A stretch of 32,000 nt of DNA from Haloferax volcanii DS2 (GTDB lineage: Archaea > Halobacteriota > Halobacteria > Halobacteriales > Haloferacaceae), in the NCBI RefSeq assembly GCF_000025685.1, contig NC_013966.1, positions 360,001 to 392,000 on the forward strand, in the 5' to 3' direction. The notes under the pieces are model-generated. The model was not told where the DNA came from, did no database searches, and was given only the letters and a program-made list of their open reading frames with translations. Of this stretch, positions 22,784 to 31,211 are shown piece after piece. The position numbers and the translations under genes were made by a program. Every line of letters begins with the position of its first letter. Within the stretch, counting starts at the first letter, position 1.

Positions 22784-23311
22784 TGATGTCCAATCCTACA
22801 AAGGGACGGCCCATATATCATTCCACAATTGACAGAAGAAAAGAACCATATGAAGACAGATACAGTTGGTGTGGCACGACTGCGGTCATGAATTCAACAT
22901 CCTGAAAGCCCCCGGACGCTCGACGACCGCGACTCGCTGCGCGCCTCGTTCCTGCGGTGCTTGCGTCGTCGGGGCACGCCGAGCGTCCAGGTCCAGCCCC
23001 TTTGATCCCCCCGTGGTCTATTGTGGGGGTCAACGATGCACGTCGGTAGTCCGGTGTGATATGAACGGCACGCCCCGCTCGCCGCCCTGTGCCCTCCGTG
23101 CTCACGACTCGCGTTGCTCGCTGTTCGCGACGAGTCGCTCCTGTTAGTCGCGTCTCGCTTCACTCGCACCTTCCCGGTGCGCCAGCACCAAGCGCGCTGT
23201 CGGTCGCGACGCCCTCACAGGCTCGGTCGTCGGACGCGAAACCGGCTTGTGTGCTGGCCGCTCGCTCCGGGCGGGTCGGCGCGCGGTGCTGGTTGGGGCC
23301 ACCTCATGCAG

Positions 23312-23367
23312 GCGCGCTCTCGCTCGCGCCCGGTAGGGCGCTCGCGAAGGCGCGAGCGAGAGCGCGC
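23312..23367. repeat. perfect 19-bp GC-rich inverted repeat with an 18-nt spacer
   Basis: GCGCGCTCTCGCTCGCGCC (23312-23330) and GGCGCGAGCGAGAGCGCGC (23349-23367) are exact reverse complements. The repeat ends 86 nt upstream of the OB-fold gene start. Confidence 0.9.
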
Positions 23368-23452
23368 AGATGGTTCTGTCGGTCGTTGTCGTCGGAAAAC
23401 TGCGATGTAGGAGCATCGCGGAGTCGGCGCGTGAGCGCCTTCGGAATCTGGT

Positions 23453-24358
23453 GTGATTCCAATGTCTAGTAATAACGCTAGCGGAAAGGTCGTTACGGTC
23501 GATGAACAGGCATTCGATAAAGCGGGCGGTCAGGCGGTCGATGAAGACGGCTTCCCGGTCGTCGACGAGACGCCGGAGTTCGAGGCGGCGGTCGAGCAGG
23601 AGACGCAGGCGAAGGTGGATGCGAACCACCCGGACGGGATCGGGGACACGAGTAAGGATCGGATTCACGGTGTCACCCTCGAACAGGAGGAGCGCATTCG
23701 GGCGCGGGAAGCCGAACTGGAGCGCATCAGTGCCCAGGCCGAGCTGGGCACGCAGGATGGTCGCGAGCAGCGCACGCGAGCGGTCGCCGCCCAAGGGAGC
23801 AAGGAGCGCCGGCGGAAGTTCCAGCAGCGGGCCGCGAGCGTGGACCCGATGGCTGACCCGGAGCGAGGCGATCCTCGTGCAGAACTCACGCAGGAGCAGT
23901 TGGCGGCGGTGAACAAGCAGTCGATGCGACTGGCGAAGAAGCTGGATGGCTGGTCACGAGCAGCGATTGGTCGGCGGCTGGGTGAGGCCGTCATCGGTGG
24001 GAAAGACCTGATGAGCGCGACCGTCGGGGTGTTCGAGGAGTTGCAGACGGCGCCGAGGCAGGTGGTTCCCATCGGAAAGCTCGAGGACATCGATCGCAAA
24101 GAGGTGAGCATCGAAGGTACTGTGACGGTGCTTTGGGAGCCGTCGAGTGCAGCCATTTCCCAAGTCGGCCTCATCGAGGACGACAGTGGGAAAACGAAGT
24201 TCACGAGCTGGAAAGCGTCGGATGCCCCCTGGATTGAAGAGGGTGAGCGCGTTCGGATTCACGGGGCAGCGAAGAATTGGTACAACGGGCGTGTCTCAGT
24301 AGCCGTCACTGGATGGTCGACCCTGCATTTCCCTGAGCGCGGCCGCTGGTGGGAATAG
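23453..24358 (+). CDS. OB-fold (RPA/SSB-like) nucleic-acid-binding protein with a long charged N-terminal region
   Basis: The C-terminal ~90 aa read VSIEGTVTVLWEPSSAAISQVGLIEDDSGKTKFTSWKASDAPWIEEGERVRIHGAAKNWYNGRVSVAVTGWSTL. This is like an RPA-type OB barrel. The N-terminal 200 aa are E/R/Q-rich. Confidence 0.7.
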   Translation: MIPMSSNNASGKVVTVDEQAFDKAGGQAVDEDGFPVVDETPEFEAAVEQETQAKVDANHPDGIGDTSKDRIHGVTLEQEERIRAREAELERISAQAELGTQDGREQRTRAVAAQGSKERRRKFQQRAASVDPMADPERGDPRAELTQEQLAAVNKQSMRLAKKLDGWSRAAIGRRLGEAVIGGKDLMSATVGVFEELQTAPRQVVPIGKLEDIDRKEVSIEGTVTVLWEPSSAAISQVGLIEDDSGKTKFTSWKASDAPWIEEGERVRIHGAAKNWYNGRVSVAVTGWSTLHFPERGRWWE

Positions 24359-24375
24359 CCGGAGCAACGCACCCC

Positions 24376-24381
24376 TTTTTT
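24376..24381 (+). terminator. oligo-T tract after the OB-fold gene stop (archaeal-type termination signal)
   Basis: CACCCCTTTTTTGC begins 13 nt after the TAG at 24356-24358 (T-run 24376-24381). Confidence 0.35.
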
Positions 24382-24557
24382 GCTGGTGTGAAGCGGTCAC
24401 CGCCACGGTCCGGGCTGCTCACGGCGCTGGGAGCGCCGTTGCGCTGCCGGGCTTTCGCCACAGAGTGAACCCCCTGGTTACTGTCCTACTGGAGGTTTGT
24501 TCGCCCCAGAGTGGCTGAGGGGCGTCCCGAAGAACGCATCGTCCCCTCGTGAGCATC

Positions 24558-25298
24558 ATGGCTACCAGAGAGATCTACGAAACTAGCTTCGACGAAGACG
24601 TCCAGACAGAGTCAAGCGCCAACCAGTGTCCCGAGTGTGACGGCTGGGTCACTACAAACTCGGTCGAAACGGTCTGTGAGGACTGTGGACTCGTGATCGA
24701 TGAGAATCGAATCGACCACGGTCCGGAGTGGCGATCCTTCGACGAGGACGAACGAGAACGGACGGGCGCGCCGCTCACCGCAGCACGGCACGACCGAGGA
24801 TTGTCAACGGAGATAGGTCGGAGTACCGATGCGAACGGCAACGAGCTCTCCGGTCAGAAGCGACGTCGAATGGCTCGAATGCGCCGCGAGCAGTCTCGCG
24901 GGCGATTCCAGTCGAAGGCCGAGCGAAACCTTGCACACGGCCTGGGTGAAGTTCGAAGAGTCGCGAGTGTCCTCGAACTCTCGGACTCGATTCGTGACCA
25001 AGCGTGTCAACTGTTCCGGAGTGCTCAGAATGAAGACCTGCTTCGAGGCCAGTCGATCGAGGCGATAGCTGCAGCAAGCGTGTACGGAGCCTGTCGCTGT
25101 AACGGCCACTCGCGGTTACTCGACGACGTCGTCAACATACTCTTGGACGACAGCCTCGCGCCCGTCCTCGTCGGGAGTCGGGTCTGTTCGAGGAGCCGAG
25201 TGTCCGTGGTTTCCTCCACGACCGTGTTGACGCCGTTGAGTTCGCGGGCTTCGCTCACCTCGAACGACGGTGGGGCGTGTGCTATCCTTTTCGGCTGA
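24558..25298 (+). pseudogene. tfb: transcription initiation factor TFB, truncated after the first cyclin repeat
   Basis: It has a Zn ribbon (CPECDG...CEDCGLV), B-reader/linker (IDHGPEWRSF...GAPLT...HDRGLST) and first cyclin fold (ERNLAHGLGEVRRVASVLELSDSIRDQACQLFRSAQNEDLLRGQSIEAIAAASVYGACRCNGHSRLLDDV). After about 25132 the frame reads VNILLDDSLAPVLVGSRVCSRSRVS..., which is not TFB-like. The second cyclin repeat is absent: about 195 TFB-like residues against the ~320 expected. Confidence 0.8.
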
Positions 25299-25335
25299 AC
25301 GCCGACGAAAATCACTGGAATCTTCGAGTAACTTC

Positions 25336-26439
25336 CTATAGTGATTGCCAACCTCTCGGGGAGTCGTTAAGTCGCTCACAGCCGTTCTCGGTGACGATGA
25401 CAATGTCCTCGACGCGAACACCGAACTCATCGTCGAGGTAGACTCCGGGTTCGATGCTGAAGACCATTCCCGGTTCGAGTTTGCGGTCGTTCCCATCGAC
25501 GATGTATGGTGGCTCGTGGACCTCGAGGCCGAGGCCGTGGCCGGTGCGGTGGATGAACGCTTCACTGTATCCAGCGTTCTCGATCACTGCACGGGCAGCG
25601 GCGTCGACCGATTCGGCGGTTGCACCGGGTTCGACGGCGGCGACGCCGGCTTCGAGCGCGTCGCAGACAGTCGCGTGGATGTCCGTGAATTTGTTCGGGG
25701 GGTCGCCTGCGAACACGGTCGTGCGTGTCTGGTCGCTCGGGTAGCCGTCCACGCGCGTCCCAAAGTCGAGGACGACTGGGTCGCCGGCTTCAATCTCCCG
25801 GTCACTGTGTCGGTGGTGTGGCTTCGCGCTGTTCGGGCCAGACCCAACGATCACATCGAATGAGGTTCCATTTCCGCCGTGTGCGGTGAGTTCGGATTCG
25901 ATCCGGCTTGCGAACTCCGCCTCGGTGAGGCCGATGGCGTCTACGCCGAGTTCTCGAACCGCGACGCTTGCACGGTCTGCGACGGCGGCCGCCGTGCGTA
26001 GCGCCGCTTGCTCGTCCGCATTCTTCCGGAGGCGGAGGGGCTCGATCACGGCGCTAGCGAGCTCGAACGTGGCGTGGGGGAGGGTTGCGCGGAGGTCGTG
26101 CGTAAACCGTGCCCACATCCGGTCATCGACGAGGAGATGGCCACCCCGAAACCCGAGTTCGTCCGCGATGTCCTCAACGTGCGCGAGCGGGTCGTCGCCG
26201 TCAGCCCACGTGCGGACATCCGTTACGTGGGAGGTGTCGCGTATTTGCTCGTCGTACATCTCCGGTGCGACAAAGATGGGGTCCCCGTCGCGACCGACGA
26301 AACAGAACAGGTGGCGTTCCATCGGCTCGTCGGTGAATCCGGAAATGTAGGCCATGTCGACGCTCGGAAAGAGGACGAGGCCGTCAGCGTCAACGTCGGT
26401 GAGTCGTTCCTGCGCGGCCGCGACGCGTTGAGTGGTCAC
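25336..26439 (-). CDS. pepQ: M24-family Xaa-Pro dipeptidase / aminopeptidase P-like
   Basis: It has a creatinase-type N-domain plus a pita-bread domain with metal ligands in context: VLDFGTRVDGYPSDQTRT, HRTGHGLGLEVHEPPYI, GMVFSIEPGVY, VRVEDIV. Confidence 0.85.
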   Translation of the reverse strand: MTTQRVAAAQERLTDVDADGLVLFPSVDMAYISGFTDEPMERHLFCFVGRDGDPIFVAPEMYDEQIRDTSHVTDVRTWADGDDPLAHVEDIADELGFRGGHLLVDDRMWARFTHDLRATLPHATFELASAVIEPLRLRKNADEQAALRTAAAVADRASVAVRELGVDAIGLTEAEFASRIESELTAHGGNGTSFDVIVGSGPNSAKPHHRHSDREIEAGDPVVLDFGTRVDGYPSDQTRTTVFAGDPPNKFTDIHATVCDALEAGVAAVEPGATAESVDAAARAVIENAGYSEAFIHRTGHGLGLEVHEPPYIVDGNDRKLEPGMVFSIEPGVYLDDEFGVRVEDIVIVTENGCERLNDSPRGWQSL

Positions 26440-27218
26440 GTTGTCTCCTCGTCTGACCAGACGTCGGCGTTCGAGTAGTCATCCGTGATTCCCCAGCAGG
26501 TGATCTCGTCGGGGCGTGGCGATTCGTACCCTCCGACCTTGCTGTGCGTCCACCCTAGTTCGGCGAGGTCGGCGAGGAGTTCGGCGTACTTGAACGGCGC
26601 GGTGACCGCGTCGAGGACAGGGACGCCGAGATCGGACTGTAGCTCCTCGTGGAAGCCGTACTCAGCCGTGCAGCCGAGAATAATGACTTCCGCGCCGTCT
26701 TCCTCGACTGCCGAGCGCGCGGCGTCTCGGAGCCGGGATTTCGTGGTCTCTGGGTCGTCCTGGAAGTCAAGGACGCCAAGGTCGACCGGACGGAAGGACG
26801 CCAGCTGATCGCGGAAGCCGTAGGCGTGGATGCGCTCGCGCATCTGTGGAATCCACTTCTGCCGTCCGACGACGACGGAGAAGGATGCGCCGAGCGTGGC
26901 GGCGAGGTGTGTCGTCGCTTCCGCGGGTGCCGCCACCGGCATCGCGTCACTGACTTCGCGCGCCGCTTCGAGGCCGAGGTCATAGAAGCAACCGATGACA
27001 GTCGCGTCGTAACCGTTGTTCTCCGCGCGTTTGACGGTGTGGAGGACATCCGGTGTCACCAGCGCTTCGTAGTAGTGGTACTCGACGTGGTGCGGGCCGC
27101 GGTCGAGTGATGCCACGTCGACGGACGTGCTGTCGCGTGCGGCGTTTTGGAGGAGGGCCTCGATGTCACCAGAGAAGTCGTCGTGCCCGACCGGGTCCAC
27201 CCAGAGTATCTCAGTCAT
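26436..27218 (-). CDS. Asp/Glu/hydantoin racemase family protein
   Basis: 260 aa with two cysteines in the typical contexts, ATVIGCFYD and VIILGCTAEYG. It overlaps both neighbouring genes by start/stop overlaps. Confidence 0.8.
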   Translation of the reverse strand: MTEILWVDPVGHDDFSGDIEALLQNAARDSTSVDVASLDRGPHHVEYHYYEALVTPDVLHTVKRAENNGYDATVIGCFYDLGLEAAREVSDAMPVAAPAEATTHLAATLGASFSVVVGRQKWIPQMRERIHAYGFRDQLASFRPVDLGVLDFQDDPETTKSRLRDAARSAVEEDGAEVIILGCTAEYGFHEELQSDLGVPVLDAVTAPFKYAELLADLAELGWTHSKVGGYESPRPDEITCWGITDDYSNADVWSDEETT

Positions 27219-28993
27219 CAGCTCTCCCTCAGCTTCGCGGTCGCCGCCTCATCGACGACGCCGTCCTTGCTCACGACGACACCGTACTGCTCGCGCGCTG
27301 CCTCGGGCGTGACGTAGCCGTCAAGCACGTCCTCGCGGACCGCGTCCGGGTCGCGTTCGAACGGATCTCCGTACCCGCCACCGCCGGCCGTCCGGTTCGA
27401 GATCACTTCGCCCGGCTTGAAGTTCCCACGGAACATCCCGACGTATTTGACGCTCTTGTCGTTGTAGAGGTCGTCGTTGTCCACGAGAACTTGGATGCGC
27501 TCGTCAAAGTCATCTTCGTCCGAGTCGAGCGCGACGACGTTTTTCGCGCCGGGTTCACCGCCATCCAACCCCCAGTTCTCGGTGCGGGTCTTCTGGATGA
27601 TGGAGAGCGCCCCGACCGGTTCCAGCATGCGATAGTCGCGTCGGATACCGAGCCCGCCGCGGTGTTCGCCGGGACCTCCCGAATCCACGCGGAGAGAGAG
27701 TTCGTCGAAGCGGATCGGCGCTTTGTTCTCGAAGACCTCGACAGGGATGTTCCGGACCATCGTCTCGCTGATGTGCATCAGCGCGTTCGCACCGTCGTGG
27801 CCGACGCCGCCACCCCAGCCGACGCCTTCGTTGTTCGCCTCAACGAACGGCCGGCCCGTCTCAGGGTTCTCCCCGTAGAGCATGATGTCAGCGAGGTCGC
27901 CACCGGTGCTTGCGGGGACTCTGTCGGGCATCCCCTTCGCGAGCGCCTGGTAGACGACGTCGATCGCGACGATTCCTGTCCACACGGTGAACGTGGGAGC
28001 GGGGTAGCTCGCGTTGAAGATTGTGTCCTCTGGCGCGTTCACGCTGAGCGGCGCATACTGTCCGCCGTTGGAGTCCTCGTCGGGTGTGGTGAGCGTCTTG
28101 AAGCAGAGCTTTCCGATGGTTTCGCTCATTCCGGGCGGGATGTTGAGAGGTTCGTCGACCTCTGGCGACGACCCGGAGAAGTCAACGCTGAACTCTTCGC
28201 CGTTGATCGTGACCTCCGCACAGAGCTTGATGAGGTCGTCCGGGTCGCGGTTTACGCCGTCCGCGTAGCCGGTCGCGGACCATGTCCCGTCCGGGAGGTC
28301 CGCGACCGCGCTCCGCGACGTCTCCTCGCCGTGTTCAAGGATCTTGTCGATCGCCGCTTCGACGGTGGCGCCGCCGTACTTCTCGTAGAGCTCTTGGAGA
28401 CGCTGTTCGCCGGTTCGGACGGCGGCGACCTGCGCATTCAGGTCGCCCGTGACCTTGTCCGGCATCCGGGAGTTGAACCGGATGAGGTCCATAATCTCCG
28501 GGTCTGGTTCGCCCTCCTTGTAGACTTTCGTCCCGGGAAAGAGTACGCCCTCTTGGTGGACGTCAGTTGAGTCGAGGACGTAGCCGGAGTCCTTCGCGCC
28601 GAGGTCAAGCCAGTGTGCGCGGCAGGTCGTGTACCCGATGAGTTCCTCGTCGAGGAAGACGGGCGCGAACAGGAGGACGTCCTGAGTGTGCGTCCCGCTC
28701 CAGTATGGGTAGTTCATGATGAGAACGTCCCCGGGGTTCATGTTCTCCTCGCCAACGTGGTCGATTGCCTTCTTGATTCCGTAGTCGTTCGCGCCGAGGA
28801 AGAGCGCAAGGCCGGGGGAGTCCGCGATTAGGTTCAGGTCTCTGTCGAAGACGGAGATCCCGAAGTCGAGGATCTCGTAGATGATAGTGTTGTAGGCGGT
28901 CCTGATTAGGGTGCGCTGCATCTCGGTGGCCGCGGAGGTGAGGTAGTTCCGGATGACCTCAACAGTCGCGGGGTCGACGTCGTGCGTGCTCAT
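27218..28993 (-). CDS. hyuB: hydantoinase B / oxoprolinase family protein
   Basis: 591 aa. DPATVEVIRNYLTSAATEMQRTLIRTAYNTIIYEILDFGISVFD... is the characteristic HyuB N-terminus. It is coupled to hyuA. Confidence 0.9.
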   Translation of the reverse strand: MSTHDVDPATVEVIRNYLTSAATEMQRTLIRTAYNTIIYEILDFGISVFDRDLNLIADSPGLALFLGANDYGIKKAIDHVGEENMNPGDVLIMNYPYWSGTHTQDVLLFAPVFLDEELIGYTTCRAHWLDLGAKDSGYVLDSTDVHQEGVLFPGTKVYKEGEPDPEIMDLIRFNSRMPDKVTGDLNAQVAAVRTGEQRLQELYEKYGGATVEAAIDKILEHGEETSRSAVADLPDGTWSATGYADGVNRDPDDLIKLCAEVTINGEEFSVDFSGSSPEVDEPLNIPPGMSETIGKLCFKTLTTPDEDSNGGQYAPLSVNAPEDTIFNASYPAPTFTVWTGIVAIDVVYQALAKGMPDRVPASTGGDLADIMLYGENPETGRPFVEANNEGVGWGGGVGHDGANALMHISETMVRNIPVEVFENKAPIRFDELSLRVDSGGPGEHRGGLGIRRDYRMLEPVGALSIIQKTRTENWGLDGGEPGAKNVVALDSDEDDFDERIQVLVDNDDLYNDKSVKYVGMFRGNFKPGEVISNRTAGGGGYGDPFERDPDAVREDVLDGYVTPEAAREQYGVVVSKDGVVDEAATAKLRES

Positions 28994-31119
28994 TGGTCGG
29001 TGGTGATGATGATGTGGCCGTAGTCGTCGGTCGTTGCCGTCTGGTCGGAGTGGAAAACGAGCGAGGTCGTCGGTTCAGTGACGACCGCAGGGCCGCGGAT
29101 TTCGTCGCCGGGTTTGAGATCGTCGCGTCGGTAGACATCGAACTCCACGAAGTCGTCCTCAGCGAAGCAGTACGCCTCACGGGTATCGGCTGGCGTGAGT
29201 TCACTATCTTCGCGGGGGGTTCCCCGTTCGAGTTCGGGTTTGTCGTTCTCGCCGACCGCGCGGACACGGAGGTGGACGACCTGAACGGGGTCGTCCATGG
29301 TGTGCCCGTACCGCGTCTCGTGCTGGTCTTCGAAGCGCTCGGCGAGTTCATCGAGCGAGGAGACGCCATCAGCGTCGACCTCGACGGTGTGTTCCTGGCC
29401 GAAGTATCGCATCTCAACGGCGCGCCCGATCCGCTGGCGGTTCTCGGCGACTCCTTCCGCAGTGAGCGTTTCGCGACCTTCGGCTTCGAGGTCAGCGAAC
29501 GCGGTTTTAAGCTCGTTGAGCGTCGCGTCGTCGAGCACGGCGAGGTGCGTCTGGGAGAAGTCGTAGACGACGTCCGCCATGAGCATACCCCATGCGGAGA
29601 AGACGGAGGGAGCCTGCGGAACGAGGACTTCGCTAGCGCCGAGTTCCCGAGCGAGGAGCGGGACGAACATCGGGCCCGCGCCGCCGTACGCGACCATGGA
29701 GAAATCCCGCGGATCGAGCCCTTTTTCGACGGTGATCTCGCGAATCGCGCCGACCGTGTTCGCGAGCGCGACATCGAGAACACCCTTGCTCGCCTCGTCG
29801 ACCGTCATCCCGAGGGGCTCTGCGAGTTCCTCTTCGATCCCGTCGAGGGCGTCCCCTGCGGCGGTATCCATGTCGCCGCCGAGGAAGTCACCGGGGTCGA
29901 GGAAGCCGAGCGCGAGCGCGGCGTCGGTGACGGTCGGCTGCGTCCCGCCGTTGTCGTAACAGATTGGACCGGGGTCCGCACCAGCGCTCTCCGGACCGAC
30001 CTTGAGGAGGTCGCCGTCAATCCAAGCGATTGAGCCCCCGCCAGCGCCGATAGTCCGAATGTCGTAGACGGGAATCATGAGTGGCTGGTGTTCGAGTGAG
30101 GAGTCGTACTTCACCACGGGGGATCCGTCCTCAACGACCGCGGCGTCGAGGCTGGTGCCGCCCATATCGACCGTGATGAGGTTGTCGCGGTCGGTCACGC
30201 GGCCGACGTGGGATGCGCCGATGAGGCCGCCGGCGGGTCCAGAGAGAATCGTGTGCGCGGGCGCGGATTTCGCGCTCTCTGCGGTGAGCGTTCCACCGCC
30301 AGACCGTGTGACAAAGAAGGAGCCGTCGAAGCCGCCGTCACGAAGGGAGGCGTCGAGCGTGTCGACGTAGTTCTCGAAGATCGGTTTGATGTACCCGTCG
30401 AGGACGGCGGTGCTGGTGCGTTCGTACTCACGGTACTCGCCGCTGATGTCGCTGGAGACGGAGACGCTGATGTCGGGGTAGGCGTCTTGGACGCATTCTG
30501 CGGCGGCCTGCTCGTGCTGGCCGTTCTGGTAGGCATGGAGGAAGCAGATGGCGATGGAGTCGACATCCTGCTTCTCGACGAGGTATTCTGCAGCCTCGGC
30601 GACGGCGTCGGTGTCGATCTCTTCGACGACCGCGCCGTCCGCGTCGAGGCGCCCGGGGACGCCAACGCGGCGGCGGCGGGGAACGATAGATTCGGGCTTC
30701 TCATAGTTGATGTCGTACATCGCGGTCCGTTCAAGATTTGTCCGCCCGATCTCGTAGACGTCGGCGAACCCTTCGTTGGTGATGATGCCCGTTCTCGCGC
30801 CGTCGCGTTCAAGAACGGCGTTGAGGCCGAGGGTAGTGCCGTGGACAAACGCATTTGCGCTTTCCAGATCTGCGTCAACTCCATTGACTGATTCGATGAC
30901 ACCTTCTGATGGTTGGTTAGGTGTTGTCGCTGCTTTTTCGAGCGCGATATCTCGGGTCTCACGGTCAAACGTAATGGCATCGACGAACGTGCCGCCGATA
31001 TCCACCGCAACCCGTTGGGTGTTATCTTGACTCACGATTCCACGTTTCGTGCAATCTGTTATAAGGTTTGCTCCGATATTGACGATTCGTTCCCTACTAC
31101 GCTCGAATCGAAACATCAC
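28990..31119 (-). CDS. hyuA: hydantoinase A / oxoprolinase family protein
   Basis: 709 aa in the ORF track. It has RVAVDIGGTFVDAITFD and later ITVDMGGTSLD, which are ATPase (ASKHA-like) motifs. A GTG at 31035 (MSQDNTQRVAVDIGGTF) is a plausible alternative start. Confidence 0.9.
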   Translation of the reverse strand: MMFRFERSRERIVNIGANLITDCTKRGIVSQDNTQRVAVDIGGTFVDAITFDRETRDIALEKAATTPNQPSEGVIESVNGVDADLESANAFVHGTTLGLNAVLERDGARTGIITNEGFADVYEIGRTNLERTAMYDINYEKPESIVPRRRRVGVPGRLDADGAVVEEIDTDAVAEAAEYLVEKQDVDSIAICFLHAYQNGQHEQAAAECVQDAYPDISVSVSSDISGEYREYERTSTAVLDGYIKPIFENYVDTLDASLRDGGFDGSFFVTRSGGGTLTAESAKSAPAHTILSGPAGGLIGASHVGRVTDRDNLITVDMGGTSLDAAVVEDGSPVVKYDSSLEHQPLMIPVYDIRTIGAGGGSIAWIDGDLLKVGPESAGADPGPICYDNGGTQPTVTDAALALGFLDPGDFLGGDMDTAAGDALDGIEEELAEPLGMTVDEASKGVLDVALANTVGAIREITVEKGLDPRDFSMVAYGGAGPMFVPLLARELGASEVLVPQAPSVFSAWGMLMADVVYDFSQTHLAVLDDATLNELKTAFADLEAEGRETLTAEGVAENRQRIGRAVEMRYFGQEHTVEVDADGVSSLDELAERFEDQHETRYGHTMDDPVQVVHLRVRAVGENDKPELERGTPREDSELTPADTREAYCFAEDDFVEFDVYRRDDLKPGDEIRGPAVVTEPTTSLVFHSDQTATTDDYGHIIITTDQ

Positions 31120-31211
31120 ACTCGATTTTTCGGACTCAAAGATTGTTTCAATGAACTCTATGTAGTATTAATACCGTGTCTTTATTGCACCCTAACTCAC
31201 ATGGTGATGGT
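31120..31211. promoter_or_regulatory. AT-rich divergent intergenic region (candidate promoters for the hyu operon and the ABC binding-protein gene)
   Basis: Contains TATA-like stretches (GTAGTATTAATACC, CTTTATTGC) between the two divergent starts. There is no experimental or motif-scoring support. Confidence 0.3.

Noticed and set aside
22818-23794. Several ORFs (about 91-216 aa, both strands) inside the GC-rich spacer, one overlapping the start of the OB-fold gene
   Set aside because: All are Arg/Ala/Ser/Pro-rich and mutually overlapping, as expected by chance in very GC-rich sequence with few stops. I treat the region as non-coding.
25025-25565. Minus-strand ORFs of 108 and 149 aa downstream of, and overlapping, the M24 peptidase gene
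   Set aside because: As full ORFs they overlap the peptidase C-terminus and the TFB gene, and they are largely Arg/Ser-rich. Only short segments look protein-like. Those are discussed as a possible frameshifted remnant in the TFB truncation finding, not called as genes.
27053-31010. Long ORFs overlapping or antisense to hyuA/hyuB (27053-28570, 505 aa; 28993-30033, 346 aa; 28959-29783; 30195-31010; 30208-30891)
   Set aside because: They are Arg/Val/Asp/Ala-rich, low-complexity translations typical of off-frame or antisense reading of high-GC genes. They overlap genes with strong family motifs, and no motifs of their own were recognised.
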